Assembly: GCA_963845385.1 (NCBI GenBank) | Contig: CAWJRW010000006.1 | Span: 711,450 to 775,449, forward strand | DNA: 64,000 bases | Origin: an uncultured Alphaproteobacteria bacterium | GTDB taxonomy: Bacteria; Pseudomonadota; Alphaproteobacteria; CAWJRW01 | Direction: 5' to 3' | Part shown: piece by piece, positions 23,018 to 33,189 of the stretch | How positions within the stretch are numbered: position 1 is the stretch's first letter | How the letters are laid out: each line of letters starts with the position of its first letter | Notes under the pieces: generated by a model | Databases searched by the model: none | The model's input: only the letters and a program-made list of their open reading frames with translations | What the model was told of the DNA's origin: nothing | Position numbers and translations under genes: made by a program

Positions 23018-23991
23018 GGCCATTCGTTGCGTTGGCGCTCGGCTTGCTCGTCGCCGCGTGCATGCCGCGCTACATCACGCCCGGACCCGCGATCACATTG
23101 CCGCGTCTCGACGAGCACAGCGTTGTGATGCCCGACGGTGCAAGCCTTGCGCTGCGCAGCTGGAAAGCCGAGCGGCCGCGCGCGGTGATCGTGGGGCTTC
23201 ACGGTTTCAACGCATACGGAAATGCGTTTGCGGAGGCGGGCGCATGGCTTTCGAAGCAGGGCATCACGACCTATGCCCTCGATCAGCGCGGCTTCGGCGA
23301 CAGCCCCCCGCGCGGGCGTTGGCCCGGAGCGAACACGTTGATCGACGATCTCGATACGTTGGTGGATCTTCTCCATGCGCGTCATCCGGGCTTGCCGCTT
23401 TATGTGCTCGGCGAAAGCATGGGCGGAGCGGTGGCGGTCGTCTGGGCCGCAGCGAAGGGAAAAGGCAAAGCCCAAGGTCTCATGCTCGCCGCGCCCGCGG
23501 TGTGGGGTTGGCAGGCACTCAACCCGTCGTACAAGACCGTTCTCTTCGTTGCCGCTCACACCATGCCCTGGGCCAAGGTCACGGGCCGCCACCTGGACAT
23601 ATGGCCATCGGACAACATCGAGATGCTGCGCGGGCTATCGCGCGATCCCAAGGTGATCAAGAAGACTCGAGTCGATGCCGTTTACGGTCTGGTGACGCTG
23701 ATGGATCGGGCCTACGAAGATGCCGGCGCGGTCACCGTCCGGACCCTCGTCCTCTACGGCAAGCACGATCAAGTCATGCCTCCGGCGCCCGTGCAGCACG
23801 TGGCGACGGCACTCGGGTCCGAGGCGCGTTATGTGCTGTATCCCAAGGGCTACCACATGCTCTTGCACGATCTTCAACGGGAGACCGTGTGGCGGGACGT
23901 GCTGTCCTTCGTCAACGATCCGGCCGCCGCATTGCCCTCGGGCGACGAGCATTCTACCAACGCGGGCAGGGGGTTGCAGCGTAGTCCTTAA
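23014..23991 (+). CDS. Alpha/beta-hydrolase lipoprotein (lysophospholipase/monoglyceride lipase-like). Start overlaps the UDG stop (ATGA).
   Basis: Lipobox LLVAACMP; VIVGLHGFNAYGNAF; nucleophile elbow GESMGG; LYGKHDQVMPP. Confidence 0.75.
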   Translation: MRPFVALALGLLVAACMPRYITPGPAITLPRLDEHSVVMPDGASLALRSWKAERPRAVIVGLHGFNAYGNAFAEAGAWLSKQGITTYALDQRGFGDSPPRGRWPGANTLIDDLDTLVDLLHARHPGLPLYVLGESMGGAVAVVWAAAKGKGKAQGLMLAAPAVWGWQALNPSYKTVLFVAAHTMPWAKVTGRHLDIWPSDNIEMLRGLSRDPKVIKKTRVDAVYGLVTLMDRAYEDAGAVTVRTLVLYGKHDQVMPPAPVQHVATALGSEARYVLYPKGYHMLLHDLQRETVWRDVLSFVNDPAAALPSGDEHSTNAGRGLQRSP

Positions 23992-24073
23992 CTTTCGCGA
24001 AAGCGGCGCTGCGTAAACTTGGACCGGCAACCCTGCCTCTCCGCTCGACCCCAAACGAGGAGCCCAACCGCCG

Positions 24074-24994
24074 ATGCTCGCGCGCGTCAAGTCGCTTCCG
24101 GCGGGCCTGATGGGTCCCGATTTGCGCAAACGCCTGGGCGCGTGGTGGCGCGGGGAGCCCTCCCAAGAGGATGAGCCGGCTGAGCCAAACGCCGAGCCCG
24201 AGGATGAGCGCGCGCCGGCCGACTGGCTCGTGGTGTCCGAGCAGCTTTGGGGTCCCGGCGCGCTTAGTCCGGGCGAGGAGGGTTTCATCGCCGAGCTGAA
24301 GCAGCGCCTGAAGCTCGGCACCGAGGCGATGCTCGCCTATTTCGGCGTGGGCCTCGGCGGTGCGGCCCGCCTCCTCGTCGACCAGTCGGAGATTTCCATC
24401 AGGGGCTACGAGCCCGATGCCGACGCGGCGTCCCTGGGCATGGAGCAATGCCGGCGCGCCGGCCGCGGCAAGAAGGTCGCCATCAGCCACGTCACTTTCG
24501 ACTTTCTCAAGCTGCCCAAGGAGAAGTTCGACGCCATCGTGGGCAAGGAAGCCTTTCACGACGTCGCCGACAAGGCGCGCATCTTCAAGCAAGTCGCGCG
24601 CGCGCTGAAGAGCGGCGGCTCGCTCTTCTTCACCGATTACGTTGTCACCGGCGATCCGCTCGACGCCAGCACCTGCACCACGCTTTTCGGCAAGCGATCC
24701 ATGCCGGTGAGCCCGTGCTCCGCCGACACGTACCTCGCGCTCATAACGTCCCACGGGCTCGACGTCGTGGCCAATGACGATCTCACCGACTTCTACATCG
24801 GTCGCGTCACGGAGGGTTGGAGCAATCTTCGCGCGTTGCTCGACCACATGGGCGCGCAGGTCGACAATCCCGTTCGCCGCATGCATTTCCTCCGCGCCGT
24901 GGCCGACGAGGCCGCCATGTGGGCCAATCGCCTCGAAGCATTGCGCGGCCGCAAGCTCGAAGTGCGCCGCTTTGTCGGCCCGAAACCCGCCTAG
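24074..24994 (+). CDS. Class I SAM-dependent methyltransferase domain protein with an acidic N-terminal extension
   Basis: AYFGVGLGGAARLLVDQSEISIRGYEPD (motif I) ... KSGGSLFFTDYV. Confidence 0.55.
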   Translation: MLARVKSLPAGLMGPDLRKRLGAWWRGEPSQEDEPAEPNAEPEDERAPADWLVVSEQLWGPGALSPGEEGFIAELKQRLKLGTEAMLAYFGVGLGGAARLLVDQSEISIRGYEPDADAASLGMEQCRRAGRGKKVAISHVTFDFLKLPKEKFDAIVGKEAFHDVADKARIFKQVARALKSGGSLFFTDYVVTGDPLDASTCTTLFGKRSMPVSPCSADTYLALITSHGLDVVANDDLTDFYIGRVTEGWSNLRALLDHMGAQVDNPVRRMHFLRAVADEAAMWANRLEALRGRKLEVRRFVGPKPA

Positions 24995-25111
24995 CTCCCA
25001 ATTCCTCGAGTCATCGTTGAAGGCGATCCCCGGAGCCTATTCATCCGTAGGCGGATGATTTGCCGGCAGGCGAGAGAGTAGGCGCGTCCGGGTCCGAGCC
25101 TGAGAGCCGCC

Positions 25112-26044
25112 TTACGATGGCACCTTGGTGTTGAAGGCCGTCGTGCCGGAGTCTTTGAACATGTCCGTGAATGGGTCATCCGGGGTCACGGGTGCGGCAC
25201 CTTCGCGAATCGTCGTGCGGCGCATGTCCCGGCGGTGGTTGACATCGTCGTAGTTGCCGGCCCTGTGCATGCTGCACAGATTGTCCCAGATCGCCATGTC
25301 GCCGACTTTATAGGAGATATTGAACACATATTTGGGCTGGGTGGCGAACGCGATCAGCTCCTTCAGGAGCGCCCGGCCTTCCTCGCGCGGCATGCCCACG
25401 ATATCGCGCGCGTGCGAGGCGATAAAAAGTGCCTTGCGGCCAGAGCCCCTGTGAACATGCACCAGAGGATGCTGCGCGTGCGGCCGCGCGTCGATGTCTT
25501 CCTCGGTAAAGGGATAGCCGGCCGTCTTTCGCGACCACCAGATCGAATGGATAGCCTCCAGATGCTCGATCCGGTCCTTCATAGCCGCGGGCAGATCTTC
25601 ATAAGCCGTTCGCGTGTCCGCAAACCAAGTGGTACCCGCCTCGGGCGGCGCTTCATGGCACAAGAGGAGCGAATAGGCCGAGCGGACCGGCATGAAAGAG
25701 GAATCGGTGTGCCACTGCCGGTCCCCCCTCTTGTGAAGGCGGATCATCTCGTCGCTGACGATGTTGCCTTCGGTATCCAAATTGCCGGCATCGAAGAGCT
25801 CGCGGTGATTGAAGCGTCCGTTGCGGCCCGAGATGAGGGGAGCGAGCTCGATATGTCCGAAAATGCGGCTGAAGGCGATATGGGTCTCGTCGGTAAGTCC
25901 CGTGTTCCGGTAGACCGTCACCCCATATTTGCGCTGAGCCGCGATGAGGGCCTGCTTCGTCGCTTCGTCCAGGGGTTTCGCGATGTCGACGCCCGAGATT
26001 TCGGCGCCGAAATTCGGCAGGACCGGCGTGATCGTCAGGCTCAT
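25112..26044 (-). CDS. TauD/TfdA-family Fe(II)/2-oxoglutarate dioxygenase (310 aa; start at MSLTITPV preceded by AGGAGA). The ORF-track extension to 26503 runs into an IS remnant.
   Basis: WHTDSSFMPVRSAYSLLLCHEAPPEAGTTWFADT ... HRAGNYDD; RBS GTCAGGAGACCTCGACATG. Confidence 0.8.
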   Translation of the reverse strand: MSLTITPVLPNFGAEISGVDIAKPLDEATKQALIAAQRKYGVTVYRNTGLTDETHIAFSRIFGHIELAPLISGRNGRFNHRELFDAGNLDTEGNIVSDEMIRLHKRGDRQWHTDSSFMPVRSAYSLLLCHEAPPEAGTTWFADTRTAYEDLPAAMKDRIEHLEAIHSIWWSRKTAGYPFTEEDIDARPHAQHPLVHVHRGSGRKALFIASHARDIVGMPREEGRALLKELIAFATQPKYVFNISYKVGDMAIWDNLCSMHRAGNYDDVNHRRDMRRTTIREGAAPVTPDDPFTDMFKDSGTTAFNTKVPS

Positions 26045-26535
26045 GTCGAGGTCTCCTGACAGAGACAATACGCGCGAGGCGGCGGCACCGTCTACGGGTA
26101 GCGGCGCGGGTTTGGCGGCCTGCGCGGGTTCGTTCGCGGGAAGATCGGCGAGCAGCCCCGGGCGCGGCGTCTTGAGATTGGCGCGGCTCGCCTCGCGCAG
26201 GTCGCGTGCGATGACATTCTCGATCTCGGTGATCATGCCGGAGGCGACCTTGAGGCGTGTCGCCAAAAGCACGGGCTTATTCCACTCGTGGATGACGCCG
26301 AAGAAGCCGGCTTGGCCGCTCACGGGATCGGCGAGCTTAATGTTGAACGCGGTCGGGCCGCTCGTCGCGCTGACCCACAGACCGTCGCCCGCGGGAATTT
26401 GCGCGGCGAGGACGTCTCGGTACGCCTCGGGGCGGCATACTGGGACCCTCGATCCGAATGGTGGATGCATCCTGCGGGCGGCTGGCGGCTCTCGATGGCG
26501 CACTGGAGCGCCGCGAGTGTCAATCGGGAATCCAT
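26045..26535 (-). mobile_element. Decayed IS3-family transposase OrfB (integrase core) remnant, multi-frame
   Basis: RLTLAALQCAIESRQPPAGCIHHSDRGSQY (IS3 DDE signature) in frame 26320..26673; weak GFFGVIHEW (cf. ESFFGTLKTE) in the adjacent frame. Confidence 0.55.
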
Positions 26536-26539
26536 GAAG

Positions 26540-26652
26540 CGCGCCACCGCAGAGCCGGAAAGGTCGCCCTCACCGCCGTCATGCGCAAAATGCTCGTCAC
26601 CCTCAATGCCATGGCTCGTAATCATGAGCCCTGGAAACAGGCTAACCCTTGA
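26540..26652 (+). mobile_element. IS110-family transposase C-terminal fragment (~35 aa)
   Basis: RRAGKVALTAVMRKMLVTLNAMARNHEPW matches the conserved IS110 C-terminus (AGKP-KVALVAVMRKLL-LANALLR-W). Confidence 0.55.
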
Positions 26653-26752
26653 CTCACAACACGGTAGATCCAAAAATTGGTCTCACATCAATGAGGATCG
26701 GGCTCTACTCATCGCTGGATGAAAGAAAGGGCTCAGGTCAGTGCCATAGGCC

Positions 26753-27415
26753 TTGTTTAATAAAACCTCTTATTTTGGATCGCGTCCTTCGATGCAGCGT
26801 GAGGGTGGCATATGGTCGGTGTTGGGTGCTGCCTCGATCTATTCGTCGTTTCAGGATTTCCTGGGCGCTGACGCAGCGCGGCGGGCATTCGTCGCGCGAC
26901 ACGTTCGGCCGCACGCCGGCATGCGCATTCTCGATGTTGGTTGTGGCCCTTCCGACATATTTGCGCATCTGGATCAAGTGACCTATGTCGGCGTCGACCG
27001 ATCAAGCAATTATATCGCTGCGGCGAAGGCCAAGTTCGGCCATCGTGGCACATTCATCTGTGGCGATGTCACGGAGCTCAAACTTCCAGTTGACGAGAGA
27101 TTCGACGTGGTTCTTGCGATTGGCCTTCTACATCATTTGAGCGACGCAGAGGCGATATCGCTCATGTCCAGCCTAACCGCCTTGCTCTCGCTATCAGGAC
27201 GCTTCGTTACTGTTGATCCGGTGAAGGAGAACCAGCAGCATCCCATAGCCCGGCTTATGATTTCTCTTGATCGCGGGAAGAACGTGAGGACCAAAGAGCA
27301 ATATGTAAGCTTGCTTCGGTCGTCCTTTAGGACAGTCGAAGCCGCCGTTTATCGCGATCTCATGCGTATTCCCTATAGCCATTTGATCGCAGAGGCGCGC
27401 AGCTCCGGAGATTGA
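26753..27415 (+). CDS. Class I SAM-dependent methyltransferase (island gene 1)
   Basis: RILDVGCGPSD motif I; FDVVLAIGLLHHL; lower-GC codon usage. Confidence 0.75.
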   Translation: MFNKTSYFGSRPSMQREGGIWSVLGAASIYSSFQDFLGADAARRAFVARHVRPHAGMRILDVGCGPSDIFAHLDQVTYVGVDRSSNYIAAAKAKFGHRGTFICGDVTELKLPVDERFDVVLAIGLLHHLSDAEAISLMSSLTALLSLSGRFVTVDPVKENQQHPIARLMISLDRGKNVRTKEQYVSLLRSSFRTVEAAVYRDLMRIPYSHLIAEARSSGD

Positions 27416-27712
27416 TCATGAGACCCTCTCTTGCGGTCGCCGGGCGATGAAGCAAATCGCGATCATCCCCTCAAATTACATTCATTATTCTCGATGCCGT
27501 ACGGGACACGAAGAACGACTAGAGTAGTCGCAACCGTATTCCAACGGCCTCGGGCGGACTTTGGCTCACGATCCCGCAAGCGGGTGCGTCATGGTGGCGA
27601 TCCCTCCTATCCGCAGCTCCAGGCGGCTTTTGATCCCTATGTGAGCGTTCTCGACCAGCTGATGAATAAGGGCCCGGGAGCCCGGCGCAAAATGAAGTGT
27701 GGGTCTGGACCG

Positions 27713-28560
27713 TCACCCGGGAGCAAGATGGCTGAGGCGCACGCGCAACGGCGTCGCCCAGCGCGCGGGCCAGCGCCGCAGCAAGGCGAGCGCGCCTGTT
27801 GCACGGAAAATGCGGGCCGCCGCTACCAAACCGCGATGACGGCGCGCGAACTCTTCATCGACCAAGAGGCGCTCCAAGGCTTCGGCCATTACGCCTTGGT
27901 CGAAAGCGATCGAGAGGCCATTGCGTCGTGCCAGGGCACGCAAGCGCGACGCTGTCACGAAGTTTAGGCTCCGCCAAAGCTCATCCTTGCGCAGGTGCCG
28001 CGCCCAGGGCGTGCGTGCCGGTATGACCGGCAGGAGTAGAATGCCGTAGTGCGGTTCGTAGGGGACCTGGTAATTGGCGCAAGTGTAAATCATGACCCCG
28101 CCCGCAGCGAGGACGCCCGACATCGCCGCCATTGCTTCGTCGAGGGCGGCAATGTGCTCCAGCACATTGACGCTGAAGATGACGGAAAACCTGCCGTGCA
28201 GCTTGGGATCGAGGTCTTCGGCGCCAATGCGGTGAAGTTTCACTTGCGTCGCGCGAAGTCGCGCATGGACGGCTGCCATCAAAGGATGAATTCAGCGGGA
28301 AGCCGGTACCTTCCGGCTCGACCGCCTCGATTTCTACGCCTGCACGTGCCAGGAAGGCCGTAAAGAGTCCAATACCGGCGCCGACTTCGAGCACACGCCC
28401 GTCGAGCGGCACATTACGTAAGAGTTCTCACGCCGACCGGCAGTTCCGCGGGCGAAGATTCGAAGGTAGTAGGATGCGGTCGACGTGTCGCATCCGGCGT
28501 CGGCCGCACAGCCGGCCACAAAGGCGGGCGCGCCAATCTCAGTGAGGAAGTCTGCGACCT
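27713..28560 (-). CDS. Class I SAM-dependent methyltransferase (island), frame changes near 28285 and 28425. Start uncertain.
   Basis: RVLEVGAGIGLFTAFLARAGVEIEAVEPEG (motif I) in ORF 27981..28412, FSVIFSVNVLEHIAALDEAMAAMSGVLAAGGVMIY in ORF 27713..28282. Confidence 0.65.
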
Positions 28561-28646
28561 GCGCAGCCGAGACCCCTGCACTCATGGAGTTGTACGGTAC
28601 GGCAAACGGGACAACCGGATCACCGGCAAGGCCGAGCGCGCCACCC

Positions 28647-29342
28647 TCATGAAGCAATGCGGATTTGCGACCGTTTACCGCCAATCCGCGTGCCGCTTCT
28701 CAAATTGCTGTAATAGTGCTCGGTGAAGCCGGCGGCCTTCATCGGCGCGGCGATTTGTTCGATATCGTAAGCCACGCGATGGAGTTTCATTTCGGCACCG
28801 GTCCACACGGCGAATGCCGCTCGCGGATCGCCGTCGCGCGGTTGGCCGACCGAGCCCGGATTGCAGTACCACTTTTCGCCCAGTGACCAAAGGCCCTGAA
28901 CATGCGTGTGACCCGAGACGAAGATCGTGCCCTCACGCTCGGCGAAGTAATCCGGCGAAATCATGTTGATATATTCGTCAAGGGGGTCATTCCATCCGGC
29001 ATGCACCAGCGACAGCTCGCCAATTCGCAGCACACCGCAGTGTGACTTCGACAACCATGCCAAATTATCCGGGGTTATGACACGGCGTTGCCAATCGAGA
29101 CAGGTGTTCGCACTATTCGAACGCGGGCATGCTTGGCTCGAGATCAAATAATGGTCGTGATTTCCAAGCAGGTTTCGAATGCCGCGGCGGCGGAGCTCGT
29201 CGATGCATTCGTTGATCATGCAGTAATAGCCACCGACGTCGCCCAGGGAGATCGTCTCGTCAATGCCGAGCGCGTCGATGGCGCTTAGGACGGCCCGCAT
29301 CGCGGGATAATTCCCGTGGATGTCAGAGATGATCGCCATCAT
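28647..29342 (-). CDS. Calcineurin-like metallophosphoesterase (YfcE/MPP family)
   Basis: MMAIISDIHGN, LGDVGGYY, GNHDHY, GHTHV phosphoesterase motifs. Confidence 0.8.
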   Translation of the reverse strand: MMAIISDIHGNYPAMRAVLSAIDALGIDETISLGDVGGYYCMINECIDELRRRGIRNLLGNHDHYLISSQACPRSNSANTCLDWQRRVITPDNLAWLSKSHCGVLRIGELSLVHAGWNDPLDEYINMISPDYFAEREGTIFVSGHTHVQGLWSLGEKWYCNPGSVGQPRDGDPRAAFAVWTGAEMKLHRVAYDIEQIAAPMKAAGFTEHYYSNLRSGTRIGGKRSQIRIAS

Positions 29343-30294
29343 AGGAAACAATGTCCTCAATATAGCGTACGGCAGTGCCGCTTCGGATCGGGCGATCGTC
29401 CGGCAGGCGGCCGTGCAAATAGTAGTCGATGCAGGCCGCCGCTTCATTATAGCCAAAGGCGCAGCGAATGGAGGTCGCCGACGAAATCCGTGGATTGATT
29501 TCGAGCAAATAGGGCGTGTCGTCCTCGACCCGGAACTGGAAATTCGTCGGACCGAGAGGATGAAACGTCTGTGCGAGCTGATCGATCAGGCGCTGGAAGG
29601 GTTCCCCGGATACTGTCTTTGCCTTTGCCGTCGCGCCTTCGCCGCTGAGGCGGCGCTGCAAGGCCATGAGTTGACCGATGCCGCCCCGGCCATCCCCGAA
29701 GCCGCTTATCGTAAACTCGGCGTCATCGCGACCGACAATTCGCTGTGCCATCAGCGTTTGGCCGAACTCTGCGCCATGATAGATGAAGTCACGTTCATCG
29801 CGGATGCGCACGATTCCTTTGCCGGCATAACCGTGACGCGGCTTCAATAGAAATGGCAGGCCGAGGCTCTGTGCAAGGTCGGCGAAAGTGCCATCGATGC
29901 GGCTCGGAATGGCTGGGGCGCCGAGGCCGACCAAGGCTTGATGCATTCGCCATTTGTCGTCGGCGAGCTCTATGAGCGCCGGTGAGTTCAGCGCAATTCT
30001 CGCATCGTAACGCTGTGACGCCGCCGCCTGGCGCGCGAAAACGGACATGTCCTGCTCGATGCCCGGAATGACAAGATCGATCGCGTGCGTACTGATCACA
30101 TCGCGCAGGAAAGCGTCATAGCCCGGATCGCTGACGAGGCAAGATTGGACGAATTGATCGCACCAGTGCTGTCCGGCAGCATCCGCGAAGATGTCCATGC
30201 CGACAAGATAAGGAGCGGGCTTCAGCTGTTTCAGCGTGCGGAGAATGCCATAGCCAATGACCGCACCAACACCCGTGACGAGAATGCGGTTCAT
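29323..30294 (-). CDS. ATP-grasp domain ligase (carboxylate-amine ligase-like)
   Basis: LPFLLKPRHGYAGKGIVRI ... YLLEINPRISSA (ATP-grasp C-terminal motif); overlaps its neighbours at both ends. Confidence 0.75.
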   Translation of the reverse strand: MNRILVTGVGAVIGYGILRTLKQLKPAPYLVGMDIFADAAGQHWCDQFVQSCLVSDPGYDAFLRDVISTHAIDLVIPGIEQDMSVFARQAAASQRYDARIALNSPALIELADDKWRMHQALVGLGAPAIPSRIDGTFADLAQSLGLPFLLKPRHGYAGKGIVRIRDERDFIYHGAEFGQTLMAQRIVGRDDAEFTISGFGDGRGGIGQLMALQRRLSGEGATAKAKTVSGEPFQRLIDQLAQTFHPLGPTNFQFRVEDDTPYLLEINPRISSATSIRCAFGYNEAAACIDYYLHGRLPDDRPIRSGTAVRYIEDIVSYDGDHL

Positions 30295-31152
30295 GATGCG
30301 GCGCTTTGCTTTGCTGCTATCGCCCCGAAAATATCACGAAGGCTCCAGGGTTGAACGTCCAGATTAGTCCAGGTCGAAGTTGCGTCGGGAACATAAATTG
30401 ACTTCAGATCCGCTTTCGCGGGATCGCGGAGGACCTTGCCGCCTTTCTTGAATTGCGCCTGGGCAAGCTCGGCGATCTTGGTAATCGACATCCGGTCGGG
30501 TCCCGCACAGACAAACACACCCGCCTTGGTGTGCTGTACGATTGCGACAACGGCAGCCGCGACATCCGTGACTGAAACGAAATTGCGAATGGGATCGGCT
30601 TTCCCGTGAATTATGATGTCTCGACCGCTGGCTGCATGATCAACGATCGTCCAGAAAAGCGGCTGGTGGCGGCGACTAAGGCCGTCCACATCCACGATTT
30701 GACTGGGCAAGACGGTCGTGAGGCTCAGACCATTCCGTCCGCAAAGCGAACTCAAGGTTTTCGGCACCCTGCTGTTTGGACAAGCCGTAGGAGCCAAAAT
30801 ACTCATTCTCGGGATGATCGATGGCGAACAGACTCGAGACGAAGACGATATGTCGCGCGCCGACACGTAAGGCGACCTCGCCGACGAGGATGGCCCCGAG
30901 CGCGTTTATTTTCGCATTCTCACGCATCCCCGCAGGGCTATCGCCCAGAAATGAGGCGGCGCAGTGAATGACGGAGTCGACCTGCATTGTGCCGGTGTCA
31001 GGCGGCTCAAACGCTGAAAGATCGAGATAGAGGTCGTTGTCAGGATGGCGTCCAGCCGACCAGACGTGAGTGTCGACGGCCCTGAGCCGTACGGTAATGT
31101 GCTGCGCCAGCATCGACGATGCACCGACCACTAGGACGCTGCGCCTCTGCAT
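30291..31152 (-). CDS. NAD-dependent epimerase/dehydratase (SDR family), frame change near 30720-30760
   Basis: SVLVVGASSMLAQHITVRL Rossmann motif; YGLSKQQGE catalytic YxxxK; stop overlaps the ATP-grasp start (ATGA). Confidence 0.7.
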
Positions 31153-31378
31153 CCCGCCTTCCTCTGAAATTTTTCCTGCCCCCAACTTTGGTCAGGCATC
31201 ATGTGCTGCGCGATCTGCGGCGGCAAGAGCGCATGTGCGACGAGCTTTCATCGCGATAACCGCGAGAGTCGGGCAATCCCGTCCGTGCAAATCCGCGCCG
31301 CGTCCGAAACTGCCTTGCATCGGTGGCGAAGATATGCGAGTGGTCCGACGGTGATCCGGCTTTGCACATCGGCATGCA

Positions 31379-32353
31379 ATGGATGTCTCTGTCATCATAC
31401 CAACCTACCGGAACGCGCGCGTGTTGCTCGAGCTTGCGCGACGATTGGTGGACACACTTTCGGCATCCGTTGGCTCCTTCGAAATCATTCTAATCGACGA
31501 CGGAAATCGCGACAACACCTGGGCCGTGATCTCGGACTTGGCGGCCAAATATCCGCAAGTCAAAGGGATTCGCCTGTCGCGGAATTTCGGCCAGCATCCG
31601 GCCATCGCTGCCGGTTTCAAGGCGGCGCAAGGCCAGCGCATCGTCTTGATGGACGCCGATCTCGAAGATCGGCCGGAGGCCATTCCCGAACTCCTCGCTG
31701 GTCTCGATGGCGGCGTAGACATCGTGTTTACGGTGATTGCCAATCCCAACGAGCATTCCCGCCGTCGCATCACGTCGATGCTTTTTCGTGGGGCATTCTC
31801 TTATTTGTCGCCGATGGAATTCCCACCGAATGTCGGGACGCTGAGGGCCTTCACCCGTCAAGTCCTTGAAGCTATTCGACAATATAACGAATATAATGTA
31901 CTATATGGTCCTCTGATGTTTTACTTGGGGTTCAATTGCAAGTTCATTGAAGTCATGCGCGGCCCATCGGCGCTCGGCGGCAGCAGCTACAGCTTTCGGC
32001 GACGCCTCCGGCTCGCGTCAGCCACGCTCTTCAGTTACACGAATTTGCCGAACACCATTTTCCTTGTCGGGGGTGGTATTCTTCTTGGCTTGGCGCTGTT
32101 GTATATCTTGTTGATCCTCGGCCAGTACATTTTTTTCGGTCCTGTTGCGTCAGGTGGTTTCGTCTTTCTCGCGCTACTCGCATTGGGCGGGATAGCAGTC
32201 AACTTGATCGCTTTCGGCGTAATCGGCACCTATGTATACCGTGTCTACCAGGAGGTGTTGGGGAGACCAAGATATCATGTGATGGCCGTGACGGGGAGCA
32301 TGTCGACTGGACGCGGTCAAAATGCGAAAGGCTTTGAGGTTGACGGACAATAG
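31379..32353 (+). CDS. GT2 polyprenyl-phosphate glycosyltransferase (GtrB/ArnC/DPM1-like) with C-terminal TM helices
   Basis: VSVIIPTYRNAR ... IILIDDGNRDNT ... LMDADLEDRPE; two C-terminal hydrophobic helices. Confidence 0.8.
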   Translation: MDVSVIIPTYRNARVLLELARRLVDTLSASVGSFEIILIDDGNRDNTWAVISDLAAKYPQVKGIRLSRNFGQHPAIAAGFKAAQGQRIVLMDADLEDRPEAIPELLAGLDGGVDIVFTVIANPNEHSRRRITSMLFRGAFSYLSPMEFPPNVGTLRAFTRQVLEAIRQYNEYNVLYGPLMFYLGFNCKFIEVMRGPSALGGSSYSFRRRLRLASATLFSYTNLPNTIFLVGGGILLGLALLYILLILGQYIFFGPVASGGFVFLALLALGGIAVNLIAFGVIGTYVYRVYQEVLGRPRYHVMAVTGSMSTGRGQNAKGFEVDGQ

Positions 32354-33182
32354 CAAGGAATGGCGGGCGAAGGTTCTGGCAGCCAATCGTGAGGTCCACG
32401 GCAGGCTTGCCGATGTCTATGAAAAGACCGAACCTCATTTCCGCCCTGAGAATCAAAGCAAAGTAAAAGAACGCCTCGCTCGCATCAGTAAGCGCACAAG
32501 CGCCGAACGGCTCCTCGATATCGGTTGCGGCACAGGGTTTATACTGCGTCAGGCGGTCGGGGTCTTCAAGCGAATCGACGGCATCGATATCACACAGGAA
32601 ATGATCGCCCGCATTCCCGATCTCGGTCCGACCGTTCATGTGCAGTTGGCCGAAGCGGAGGCGCTGCCATTTCCGGATGCAACCTTCGATGTCGTTTCCG
32701 CCTATTCCGTCTTCGACCATCTGGTCGATTACCGCGTCACCTTGCGGGAAGTCGCGCGGGTCCTAAAGCCCGGAGGCATATTCTACGCCGATCTCATTCC
32801 GAACCGCTGTTTTTGGCAGGCGCTCGGCGCCCTGGATGCAAGCGCTGTCCCAACTCTCTCCGACATTGTCGAACGCGAATGGCGCATGGTTCATGAAAAC
32901 GATAAACGCGTCGAGGCGGAGTTCGGCGTCGACTCCGAGGCGTTCCGCAATGCCGAGCCCGGCAAGTTGGAGGGCGGCATCGATGCGGAAGAGGTGTGCG
33001 CCTCGGCGCGCAAGCTCGGATATTCGCAACCCGAATTTCATTACGATTGGTTCCTCGGCCAAGGCGCCGTCATGCACGGCCAATCGTTCGAGGAGGCGGC
33101 GGTCATCGAGACCTATCTCGAGCGCGTGACGCCGCTCTCTCGCCATCTCTTCAAATATATCTATTTCGTTCTCACCAAGTAG
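32322..33182 (+). CDS. Class I SAM-dependent methyltransferase (island)
   Basis: RLLDIGCGTGFILRQ motif I; FDVVSAYSVFDHL; VLKPGGIFY. Confidence 0.75.
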   Translation: MRKALRLTDNSKEWRAKVLAANREVHGRLADVYEKTEPHFRPENQSKVKERLARISKRTSAERLLDIGCGTGFILRQAVGVFKRIDGIDITQEMIARIPDLGPTVHVQLAEAEALPFPDATFDVVSAYSVFDHLVDYRVTLREVARVLKPGGIFYADLIPNRCFWQALGALDASAVPTLSDIVEREWRMVHENDKRVEAEFGVDSEAFRNAEPGKLEGGIDAEEVCASARKLGYSQPEFHYDWFLGQGAVMHGQSFEEAAVIETYLERVTPLSRHLFKYIYFVLTK

Positions 33183-33189
33183 GCATTCC

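Noticed and set aside
26045-26503. N-terminal 153-codon extension of the TauD dioxygenase ORF
   Set aside because: Read-through of an IS3 OrfB remnant; the genuine start with an AGGAGA RBS is at 26044
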